The notes beneath the pieces were generated by a model that saw only the letters and a program-made list of their open reading frames with translations, ran no database searches and was not told the DNA's origin. From the human T2T-CHM13v2.0 reference genome, Homo sapiens: DNA of 64,000 nt. Below, piece after piece: positions 1 to 15,084 of the stretch (its first letter is position 1; the number at the start of each line of letters is the position of its first letter). The stretch lies in assembly GCF_009914755.1 (NCBI RefSeq), contig NC_060928.1; one strand, given 5' to 3'. Position numbers and translations under genes: made by a program.

Positions 1-1473
1 ACAATGACAATTATGTACAGTTTATCATAATTCTTGATAATAAATGACTATGTTACAGGTTTATGTATTGATTCCACTTTTTGTCATTATTTTGGAATGT
101 ACTCCTACTAATTATAAAAAAGAAAAGGTTAACTGTAAAAAAGCCTCAGGCAGGTCCTTTAGGAGGCATTCCAGAAGAAGACATTGTTACCATAGGAGAT
201 GACAGCTCTATGTGTGTTATTGCCCCTGAAGACCTTCTAGTGGGACAGGATATGGAGGGGAAAGACAGTGACATTGGTGATCCTGACCCTGTGTAGGCCT
301 AGGCTAATGTGTGTGTGTCCTCGTTTTTAACAAGAAAGTTTAAAAAGTAAAAAAAAAAAAAAAAAACGTAGAAGAAAGCTTATAGAATAAGGATATAATG
401 AAAAAATATTTTTGTATAGCTGTACAATGTGTTTGTGTTTTAAGCTAAATGTTCCTGCAAAAGTGTCAGAAAGTTACAAAATTATGAAGTAAAAAAGTTA
501 TAGTGAGCTAAGGTTAATTATTAAAGAAAAATATTTATAACATAGATTAGTTAAACCTAAGTATACAATGTTTATAAAGTCTGCATTAGTGTACAGTAAT
601 GTCGTAGGATTCCTCATTCATGTACCACTCACCCAGAGAAACTTTCAGTCCTGTAAGCTCCATTCATGGTAAGTGCCCTGTACAAGTGTACCATTTTTTA
701 TGGTACAGTTTTGCCTTTATATTTATTTTTACTGTACCTTTTGTATGTTTAGATATGTTAAAATACACAAATACCATTATGTTATAGTTGCCTACAGCAG
801 GGATCCCCAGCCCCCAGTCTGGGGCCTGTAAGGAACGGGACCACACAGCAGGAGATGAACAGCAGGGAAGCTAGCTAAGCTTCACCTGTATTTATAGCCA
901 CTTCCCATCACTCACATTACTGCCTGAGCTCTGTCTCCTGTCAGATAAGCTGTGGCAATTGATTCTCATAGGATTGCGAACCCTACTGTGAACAGCACAT
1001 ATGAGGGATCTGGGTTGTGAGCTTCTTATGAGAATATACTACCTGATAATCTGTCACTGTCTCCCATCACTCCCAGGTGGGATTGTCTAGTTGCAGGAAA
1101 ACAAGCTCAGGGCTCCCACTGATTCTACATCATGGTGAGTTGTATAATTATTTCATTATGTATTACAATGTAATATTAATAATAATAAAGTGCACAATAA
1201 ATGTAATACACTTGAATCATCCCCAAACCATCCCCCTACACTCCCACCCTGGTCTATGGGAAAACTGTCTTCCATGAAACTGGTCCCTAGTGCCAAAAAG
1301 GTTGAGAACCGCTGGCCTACAGTATTTAGTACAGAGAAATGGTGTACAGGTTTGTAGCCTGGGAGCAATAGGCTATACCATTTAAGTTTGTGTAAGTACA
1401 CTCTATGGTGTTCATGTAAGGAAATAATGACATTTCTCAGAACCTATTTCTGCCATTAAGTGATGTATTACTG
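1..1473. mobile_element. Tigger3b/Golem-type TcMar DNA transposon fossil, split by a MER1A insertion (pieces 1-797 and 1315-1473)
   Basis: Matches remembered Tigger3b consensus (cctcaggcaggtcctttaggaggcattccagaagaag...; ...gtaagtacactctatg...catttctcagaac). The sequence resumes in register after the MER1A. ORF 81..296 is part of this element. Confidence 0.8.
798..1314. mobile_element. MER1A (hAT-Charlie non-autonomous DNA transposon)
   Basis: Ends CAGGGATCCCC...GGTTGAGAACCGCTG, about 517 bp, with a perfect 8-bp hAT-type TSD GCCTACAG at 790-797 and 1315-1322. Confidence 0.9.
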
Positions 1474-1614
1474 TTTATTATTTACTCCTGACACTATTAT
1501 TACTGAAGTTAACTAGAGTCCCCAGTGGTTAATAGAGGAAAGTTTATTTGTACCATGGGGCAGCTGATTTTACATGTTTGATCAGATTGGTCTCATGTAG
1601 AAAGGTAGTGTAGC

Positions 1615-2445
<831 letters not shown>

Positions 2446-2454
2446 CATTTTTCA

Positions 2455-2950
2455 TTTGACCTTCAATAGCCTTTCATTATTCTTAGGGTAAAGACCAATA
2501 TCCTTAACAAGACCCATAAAGTAACCCCATTATCTGGCCACTACTTGTTTTCCACACTTTTTTCTTTTCCTGATTCATTAAGCTCCTTTTATTTTATTAT
2601 CTCTCATGAAATGCTTGTTATTAGATCTCAGTGTTCTCTTACTCATCTTCCCTTGGCCAACTGATTGTTTTCTCATGCTTCAGATTTGACTTCAGAGGTA
2701 ACATTCTTAGCCAAATCTTTCCTGATGTTCCCATCAGCCCCCAACACCTCCTTCCCCTGCCTAAGTTCAATGCTGTTGTTGGCTGTGTTCCTTATAGAAT
2801 TTTGAAAGGATGATAATACAACTGGGTTATTTGTTTTCTTTCCACACCAGAGCATATTATAGACCCAGAATTGTTCTTAGCACATAGGCAAAGGATAAAT
2901 ATTTCGTGGGTGTGTGAGGTAGTGAGTGAATTAGGAGTGAATGAACTGAT
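2455..2950 (+). mobile_element. Degraded L2 3' fragments
   Basis: L2-like blocks (tcttagggtaaagaccaatatccttaac...; ends in a tgaatgaa-type tail). Confidence 0.45.
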
Positions 2951-4345
2951 CTATGCATACTTGGGTATTACACATATTAGGGTATTACAAGTACAGGTAC
3001 CAGGTAATCCTGATACATGAGATTAGGCATTTTTTGTTGTTCTTGAAACTTGAGAAAATAAATGCTTCATTGTATGCAGGTGTACTTGAGAGCTACCCAT
3101 ACGTAGTGTGATGTTTGGTTTTGTTGATTAATTGTAGTTTTAAAATATGTTTAAATTATCTTAAACGGATTAGATGTATTATTCTGCTTGAAATATGCAA
3201 ATGTCTGAACATTGCCAGTCATTTCCCATTATACCTGAGGACTTACATATTGTTGGCTTGAGCTGCTTTCCAAGGCTGTAGAAGGCACAGTTCTGCCTGT
3301 CTGCGGTGAGTATCAGCAGGTGATCATCCTGAGGCAGTTGCCTGTAGGAAGCCACTGAGATTTAGGACAAGTTGGAAGCCAAGGCTTCTGCAAGAGCTTT
3401 ACAAGTGTAGAGTTGTTTGAGGGTACAGATCACTTCCATTAGTTCTTTCGTGATATGCTTATCTTCCTTATCTTCCTGCCATCTCTTATACTGTCCCATT
3501 TTCTTCCTTATCCTTTGAATGTTTTGTCTTACTTTTTCCCTCCTCCTCCAGCTTTGCATACTTGAAAACCCTTCTTTTTCCTCTCCACCTCCCCTTAATT
3601 TTGAAAAGCCAAGGAAGGATTTTTTTTTTCCTTCCAAACTCTTCAAGATTTTTTCTGGGAAGCCTTCTCTACAACTTTGACATAGGCAGTGAATAAACTG
3701 ATTGATATTAAACCCATTCAAAGACATTAAACTCCTGTTTCTCTAGGAGATTGAGGATTGGTGTAGTTTAGAACCTTATGAACTGGAACCAATAAAACGG
3801 TTCACCAGGATGGGAGTGTTTTACACTTTCTGGATCACTGATTATCCAGTACAGAAAGTTCAGCATCACCAGCACTCAACAGTAGCAGCTCTTCCATATC
3901 TTACTCTGAAATGGAAATGGCAGTGCCTACTTTAGGTATTTTAATAACAATAAATAAATATATTTAATAAGTTCTTTCCTACTTCTTGAACCAAATAGTT
4001 CTTAAGAATGAGGTTGTCATTAAAACTTCAGAGATATCTGCAGTTTGTGTTTCTTTGTTTTTTTTTTTTTTAAATTTTGAAAATATCCTTCAAAGATAGG
4101 GAGTAGTCTTTTCACTTTGACAGGGCATTTGACAACCATTAATTTATGCAGCTTCTGGGCTCTTTTAGGAAGAAATGCAGATTTTAGTGGTTATAGGAGT
4201 TATCTTTGGTTGTATAGAAAGGTGTAAAGATCTTTCTATAAGGTGTTAAAATTTTCCAAAGAATAGTGTGGGTTATCTTTACAGCAATTTAAAATAAATT
4301 AATATTTACTGATTTATTTTTAATTAAAGAACATTTTCAAAGGTG

Positions 4346-4448
4346 GGGTTAAGTAGCCCAGGCTGGCTTGAACTCTCGAGCTCAAGGGATCCTCCTGTCT
4401 TAGCCTTCCGAGTAGCTGGGATTACAAACGTGTACCACCATGCCTGGC
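4346..4448 (-). mobile_element. FLAM/FAM Alu monomer
   Basis: cccaggctggcttgaactc...ctcaagggatcctcctg...gtagctgggattaca...ccaccatgcctggc. Confidence 0.75.
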
Positions 4449-5091
4449 TTTAAGAGAATTTTTTAAAATATAAGATATGATGATTTGTTGACTGTTTTTT
4501 GGCAACAGTGTGCACACAGTCTTCAGCTACAAAGTAGTTCTCTATATATGCTAGCATTTTGTCTGAAATTTTCTTAAAGGAATCCATTTTTAAAATTGAA
4601 TGACCCTGTAATAAGCTTAACAAGTGTTCAGGATCGCAATAAATTATATCAGTTGGCAAAACTTTTTACACTGCAGTGACAGTCTCTTTGGTAACAACCA
4701 AATGTGGTGTGAAAGATACAATAATATATTTTTAGATTCAAATTTAAATTGAAAATATTTATTAAGTATAAGTTTTGTAAAACTCTACAATTTAAAGATT
4801 CTGTTTTCTAAGACTACACTAATTTGTATTCAAATGTAAGATTTCCAGCCATTTAGGAGTTATCTAAATAAATTTTTTCTTTTATTATTATACTTTAAGT
4901 TTTAGGGTACATGTGCACATTGTGCAGGTTAGTTACATATGTATACATGTGCCATGCTGGTGCGCTGCACCCACTAACTCGTCATCTAGCATTAGATATA
5001 TCTCCCAATGCTATCCCTCCCCCCTCCCCCCACCCCACAACAGTCCCCAGAGTGTGATGTTCCCCTTCCTGTGTCCATGTGATCTCATTGT

Positions 5092-8931
<3,840 letters not shown>

Positions 8932-8979
8932 TTATTTTGCTCGTTAGTTGATGCAGTTTCTTCCTAGTCTCAATGGTCT

Positions 8980-9998
8980 TTACATTTTGGCATGATTTTG
9001 CAGTGGCTGGTACCGGTTGTTCCTTTCCATGTTTAGTGCTTCCTTCAGGAGCTCTTTTAGGGCAGGCCTGGTGGTGACAAAAATCTCTCAGCATTTGCTT
9101 GTTTGTAAAGTATTTTATTTCTCCTTCACTTATGAAGCTTAGTTTGGCTGGATATGAAATTCTGTGTTGAACATTCTTTTCTTTAAGAATGTTGAATATT
9201 GGCCCCCACTCCCTTCTGGCTTGTAGAGTTTCTGCTGAGAGATCAGGTGTTAGTCTGATGGGCTTCCCTTTGTGGGTAACCCGACCTTTCTCTCTGGCTG
9301 CCCTTAACATTTTTTCCTTCATTTCAACTTTGGTGAATCTGACAATTATGTGTCTTGGAGTTGCTCTTCTCGAGGAGTATCTTTGTGGCGTTCTCTGTAT
9401 TTCCTGAATCTGAACGTTGGCCTGCCTTGTTAGATTGGGGAAGTTCTCCTAGATAATATCCTGCAGAGTGTTTTTCAACTTGGTTCCATTCTCCGCGTCA
9501 CTTTCAGGTACACCAATCAGATGTAGATTTGGTCTTTTCACATAGTCCCATATTTCTTGGAGGCTTTGCTCATTTCTTTTTATTCTTTTTTTCTCTAAAC
9601 TTCCCTTCTCGCTTCATTTCATTCATTTCACCTTCCATTGCTGATACCCTTTCTTCCAGTTGATCGCATCGGCTCCTGAGGCTTCTGCATTCTTCACGTA
9701 GTTCTCGAGCCTTGGTTTTCAGCTCCATCAGCTCCTTTAAGCACTTCTTTGTATTGGTTATTGTAGTTATACATTCTTCTAAATTTTTTTCAAAGTTTTC
9801 AACTTCTTTGTCTTTGGTTTGAATGTCCTCCCGTAGCTCAGAGTAATTTGATCGTCTGAAGCCTTCTTCTCTCAACTTGTCAAAGTCGTTCTCCGTCCAG
9901 CTTTGTTCCGTTGCTGGTGAGGAACTGCGTTCCTTTGGAGGAGGAGAGGCGCTCTGCTTTTTGGAGTTTCCAGTTTTTCTGTTCTGTTTTTTCCCCAT
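8980..9998 (-). pseudogene. L1 ORF1 (RNA-binding chaperone), disrupted
   Basis: MGKKQNRKTGNSK... with a frameshift in the A-run after GKFREK (~9590), an in-frame TAG at 9449-9451, and a second frameshift after MLRDF (~9080). Confidence 0.95.
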
Positions 9999-10900
9999 CT
10001 TTGTGGTTTTATCTCCTTTTGGTCTTTGATGATGGTGATGTACAGATGGGTTTTTGGTGTGGATGTCCTTTCTGTTTGTTAGTTTTCCTTCTAACAGACA
10101 GGACCCTCAGCTGCAGGTCTGTTGGAGTACCCTGCCGTGTGAGGTGTCAGTGTGCCCCTGCTAGGGGGTGCCTCCCAGTTAGGCTGTTCGGGTGTCAGGG
10201 GTCAGGGACCCACTTGAGGAGGCAGTCTGCCCGTTCTCAGATCTCCAGCTGCGTGCTGGGAGAACCACTGCTCTCTTCAAAGCTGTCTGACAGGGACATT
10301 TAAGTCTGCAGAGGTTACTGCTGTCTTTTTGTTTGTCTGTGCCCTGCCCCCAGAGGTGGAGCCTACAGAGGCAGGCAGGCCTCCTTGAGCTGTGTGGGCT
10401 CCACCCAGTTCGAGCTTCCTGGCTGCTTTGTTTACCTAAGCAAGCCTGGGCAATGGCGGGCGCCCCTCCCCCAGCCTCGCTGCCGCCTTGCAGTTTGATC
10501 TCAGACTGCTGTGCTAGCAATCAGGGAGACTCCATGGGCGTAGGACCCTCCGAGCCAGGTGTGGGATATAATCTCGTGCTGCGCTGTTTTTTAAGCCGGT
10601 CGGAAAAGCGCAGTATTTGGGTGGGAGTGACCCGATTTTCCAGGTGCCATCCGTCACCCCTTTCTTTGACTAGGAAAGGGAACTCGCTGACCCCTTGCGC
10701 TTCCCGAGTGAGGCAATGCCTCACCCTGCTTCGGCTCGCACACGGTGCGCGCACCCACTGATCTGCGCCCACTGGCACTCCCTATTGAGATGAACCCGGT
10801 ACCTCAGATGGAAATGCAGAAATCACCCGTCTTCTGCGTTGCTCACGCTGGGAGCTGTAGACCGGAGCTGTTCCTATTCGGCCATCTTGGCTCCTCCCCC
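9999..10900. promoter_or_regulatory. L1 5'UTR: CpG-rich internal sense promoter (minus strand) and antisense promoter (plus strand)
   Basis: The only large CpG-rich tract in the window. YY1 motif CAAGATGGCCG is intact at 10879-10889 (minus strand). Promoter activity is established for the family but not shown for this copy. Confidence 0.8.
10453..10761 (+). CDS. L1 antisense ORF0, open, 102 aa
   Basis: MAGAPPPASLPPCSLISDCCASNQ... lies within ORF 10333..10761. ATG is in strong Kozak context (GCAATGG). Splice donors follow ORF nt 106 (CAG|GTGTGG, GT 10559) and nt 191 (CAG|GTGCCA, GT 10644). Translation is not demonstrated. Confidence 0.6.
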   Translation: MAGAPPPASLPPCSLISDCCASNQGDSMGVGPSEPGVGYNLVLRCFLSRSEKRSIWVGVTRFSRCHPSPLSLTRKGNSLTPCASRVRQCLTLLRLAHGARTH

Positions 10901-11677
10901 AGTAAATTTTTTCTATTGATGATAGTTAATCTGGTAATAATGAAAATGAAAATATCTGTGAATAAAGTGGTTTTCAGTAATATTTCTTTGTGTACATTCT
11001 AATCTTACTTTAGGAGAAATCTTCCTTAGGGAGCTACTTAAAGGGACTGACTGCTGGACAAGTGGAAGGACGTTATGATAATAATAACATGGATCCCCAG
11101 TGGAAACCAGGGCTGGTTAGGAAGTGAGAAGACAGAGATGCTGATGATACACTCAGGAGTTCCGTTACAGTACAGATGGGAAGGGAGAGTGCACACACAC
11201 CCCAGGGTGCTTGGACAAGTAGCCTGAAGCACAAATTATTTTTTACATGTTTTGTTTTATTTGTAATATTAATTTTAACTTTACGTTATATTTCCTAATA
11301 TACTTTAGTATAAAGCAAGAATTCCTTTTAAATCTTTGGAGTAAAATGAATGATCCAAAGCTTGTTTAAATGGTGACTTCAAATACCTCTTTATACCAGG
11401 AGATAAGTTTAAGCAAGTCTTAAAAAAATCTTAACGTACTGGAGTTTTTATGAAAACTAACACATATGTGATGTGTAAAATAAGTAGAACACTGAAAACT
11501 ATTTGTTAAATACCACATCCTAGATAGATTTTCTAGAAAACCATGGTTTTCATAAAATATTTTCCACTTTAAAGGTAAGTTATCCCTGATTCACTTTTAT
11601 TTACAAGTACATACAGTCTTTGGGATTAACCAGTTCTTGGATATTAATAATCATAGTAAAAACATCTGAGGATACTT

Positions 11678-11756
11678 TTTTTTTTCCTGAGACAGAGTCT
11701 CACTCTATTGCCCAGGCTGGAATGCAGTGGCCCAATCTCAGCTCACTGCAACCTCC
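11678..11756 (-). mobile_element. Severely 5'-truncated Alu (~80 bp)
   Basis: Alu 3' end plus poly-T, flanked by TSD gaggatactt at 11668-11677 and 11758-11767. Confidence 0.85.
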
Positions 11757-12134
11757 AGAGGATACTTATTTTTTAACATGCTTTGTACCCAAGGCCATTA
11801 CATTTAGTCTGTGAATGTGTTTATTAGCTGTAATTGAGCTGCAGGACAATTTGAAAACTAGAATTGAACTCTTAACCCCAGGTTTCCTCTGTGATAATTA
11901 TAGGATGAAAAATAGCCAAGAGAAAACAAATATATTTATCTTCATTAATAAAAATGCCTCACAGTACTGTTTATTACTTTTAAAATATGATATTTTCATT
12001 TTGCGTATACCTACACATACACACTGTGTGTATGCATGTATGTATGTATGCATGTTTTGTTGAAATTGAATTAGCTGTTTAATACCCAGATTTCATGAAA
12101 CAGGGATCATAAAAACTCTTAGTTATTTTCAAGT

Positions 12135-12330
12135 CATAATAGGACATACTCTCTGCCAGGCACTGTTTTAATGTTTAAAACATATAATTGCATTTAATAC
12201 TTATATTAACTCTGAAAAAAATCAAGATCCAGCATGATTAAATAACTTGCCCAAAATCACATAGTTAGTAAATACTCAAGCTGGTGAACCCAGGCAGCCT
12301 GACTCTGACATCCATGATCTTAACTACACA
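12135..12330 (-). mobile_element. MIR
   Basis: tgccaggcactgttttaatg...taacttgcccaaaatcacatagttagtaaat...gaacccaggcagcctgactc. Confidence 0.75.
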
Positions 12331-13075
12331 TGGTATGGATGCCTACTTATTTTTATTAATAAAAAGGAAGCCTTTGCCAGGTAAATTTGTGGAAGTTTAT
12401 TATCAAAACAATTTGTGGTGATACTGTTCATAGATTCTCCTGGTTTGAAAGTGAACAGCCAGCCCTGTGTTTGAGCTCTGGCATGGGAGCAGGCTGCTTC
12501 CCAGAAGCTCACATCTGTGCTGTACCTTTTGAAGTCATGCTTCACTGGGTCTTTGATGTGTTTCTTCTGTCTTGGTTCCTTTCAGGTGTCTAACTTCAGA
12601 TGAATGGTAATGGTTCCATTCTTCAGTGATAACATAATAGAACTGGAGTTCTTTTATTCTTGTTGTATTGGTCATAATATGCTGCATTTTTAGAGACCTT
12701 TATTTTAGTTAATCAAGGTATTGAGTTTCAAGATTGATCTTTTGGTTATTATTGTATGTGTTTAGTCTATTCAATGACAAATTAAATTTGAACTTTAAAA
12801 GGTTTTGGAAATACTGCTCTATTCAAAAGAGGTGTGGTAAATGAATTTTACTTTTATTTTGATAAGCAATAATGGGGTGAAAAGCCTTACGAGCCGTTTC
12901 CTCTGTTCTCATTGAGGTGCAGCTCACCTTTGCCTCCTTGATTTTGGGTACTCACCTCCTGCTCTGGTCAGTTTCCTAGTGCACTTCCAGTTTTGTAGGA
13001 ATAATGATGGATGACCTGGGGCTGCAGCTCTAAACCAGAAACTTCTAAGACATATGAAATGTAAGCATAACCTTT

Positions 13076-13295
13076 CTAAGTTTAGAGAAACAAAGAGTAG
13101 AATGGTGGTCCCCAGGGGCTGGGGTATGGGGGGAAATGCGGAGATGTTGGTTAAAGGGTACGAGCTTTCAGTTAGAAGATGAGTAAGTTCTAGAGATCTC
13201 ATGTGCAGCATGGGGACCATAGCTGATAATAATGTATTGCATACTTGAAATTTGCTAAAAGAATTGATCTTAATTGTTTTCATCACAAAAAAAGG
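13076..13295 (+). mobile_element. L1MA-type 3'UTR fragment
   Basis: gagtagaatggtggt...gggtacgagctttcagttagaagatgagtaagttctagagatct...tgtattgcatacttgaaatttgctaa. Confidence 0.8.
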
Positions 13296-13336
13296 TTAAA
13301 AAAGAAACTAATGTAGCCATTCTATTCTGAATCATC

Positions 13337-13338
<2 letters not shown>

Positions 13339-13372
<34 letters not shown>
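13339..13372. repeat. (TG)n microsatellite
   Basis: About 17 perfect TG units. Confidence 0.95.
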
Positions 13373-13375
<3 letters not shown>

Positions 13376-14412
13376 CTTCTAGTTCGACTCTTCTTCCTCT
13401 GTGGCTTGCTCTTTCTGTGCCCAGCTCCCTCTGTTACAGATACAAGAAACAGAAACTAATCTTAAGGAAAGTGAATTAGTTGAGAGGATTCAGAGTGGCT
13501 CAAAGGAAGAGTTAAACAATGAGGCCTTAGGATTAGAGCCAGTTGCCTGTTTACCTGAGTGTCTAGAGATCCTACAAGTGAATGACTTACCTCTGGTCAG
13601 CTTCTCTGCTCAAGATTACATTATCTAGGAGAAAGTGTGGGAGGATCCAAGTCATTCCCCACCTGCCCCATTTCCATGCCAGAGGGATGGGTACTATGTA
13701 GAGGAGCCTGAAGCAGAAGACCGGAGAGGGGATACTGGCCAGGTCTCTTGCTCTCTGCTGTCTTCTTTATGTCTGCCTGACTTCCCCCCGCTGCCCCGCT
13801 CCCCGCCCCAGATTGTTTCACATACAATATGGGCCATAGGCAGTTTAGTTTCACCAGATTTTGCTCTGGGAAAGAAAGACTTGCTGAAAAAAGAAATAAG
13901 CAGTGGCTCTGAATTTCAAATCAATTTCATATTGATCACTGGATAATTGTCAGTGAATCATGTTTTTCACTAATCAGGAGTGCAAATTGATGAGATTAAT
14001 GAATGTGACTGAGAAGATAATAGTGGGCCAGACCCTGGCAGCCAAATATTTTCACCTGGGTCCTTCTTCAAGGAAAATCCAGAGAGTAAAGAGGAAAAAT
14101 TAAATTAGTAATACTGCTGGTTCTTCTGGTTTAGCTTCTTGTAAGCATTTCTCTGCTGTTATCCAATATGAAGGGAGCAAAATAGAGTATCAACACTAAA
14201 AGATGAAAAAAATCACAAAATGTTGATTAGAATTTTATAAAATAAATATATCATAGATGAAATATTTCGTAGAGGTTTTAATTATATAATTTAAAGAGTA
14301 AATAATAGGGTAGAAAGTTATATAAGGGACTATTTTTAAAACTACATTTGTACTTTTAAAAATTTCGGTTCAATATCAGGCAGTTGTTGAACTTTAAGGC
14401 AGTTCAGAATAA

Positions 14413-14756
<344 letters not shown>

Positions 14757-15084
14757 AACCAAGGAAATTCTTAATTTAAGAATGGTCACTTTCAAAACTT
14801 GTAAAGAAATACCTATTTCTTTCAGTCACAAGCTAAAGTTTTTATCTCTTATTTATATCTTCTGTTTAAAGTTTGCAAAACCAGTTTTTAATTGAAATTC
14901 TAAGTATAAGCAAAATATTAGTATCTAGTCTATTTATATGTATCCTTTAAGAAGAAATAGCCAGAAAGTGTTATTATTTTGGCATAATAGAGAATCAGCC
15001 TATATAGGGAAGGAATTTGGAAGAATTATTTCTTCCTTAGTAATCTGTGTTAATATTTGTTACCTCATCAAGTATATTAAAAGG

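Noticed and set aside
13785-13812. GC-box cluster ccccgctgccccgctccccgcccc as a promoter
   Set aside because: Very short, not within a CpG island, and probably inside a decayed LTR-like fragment.
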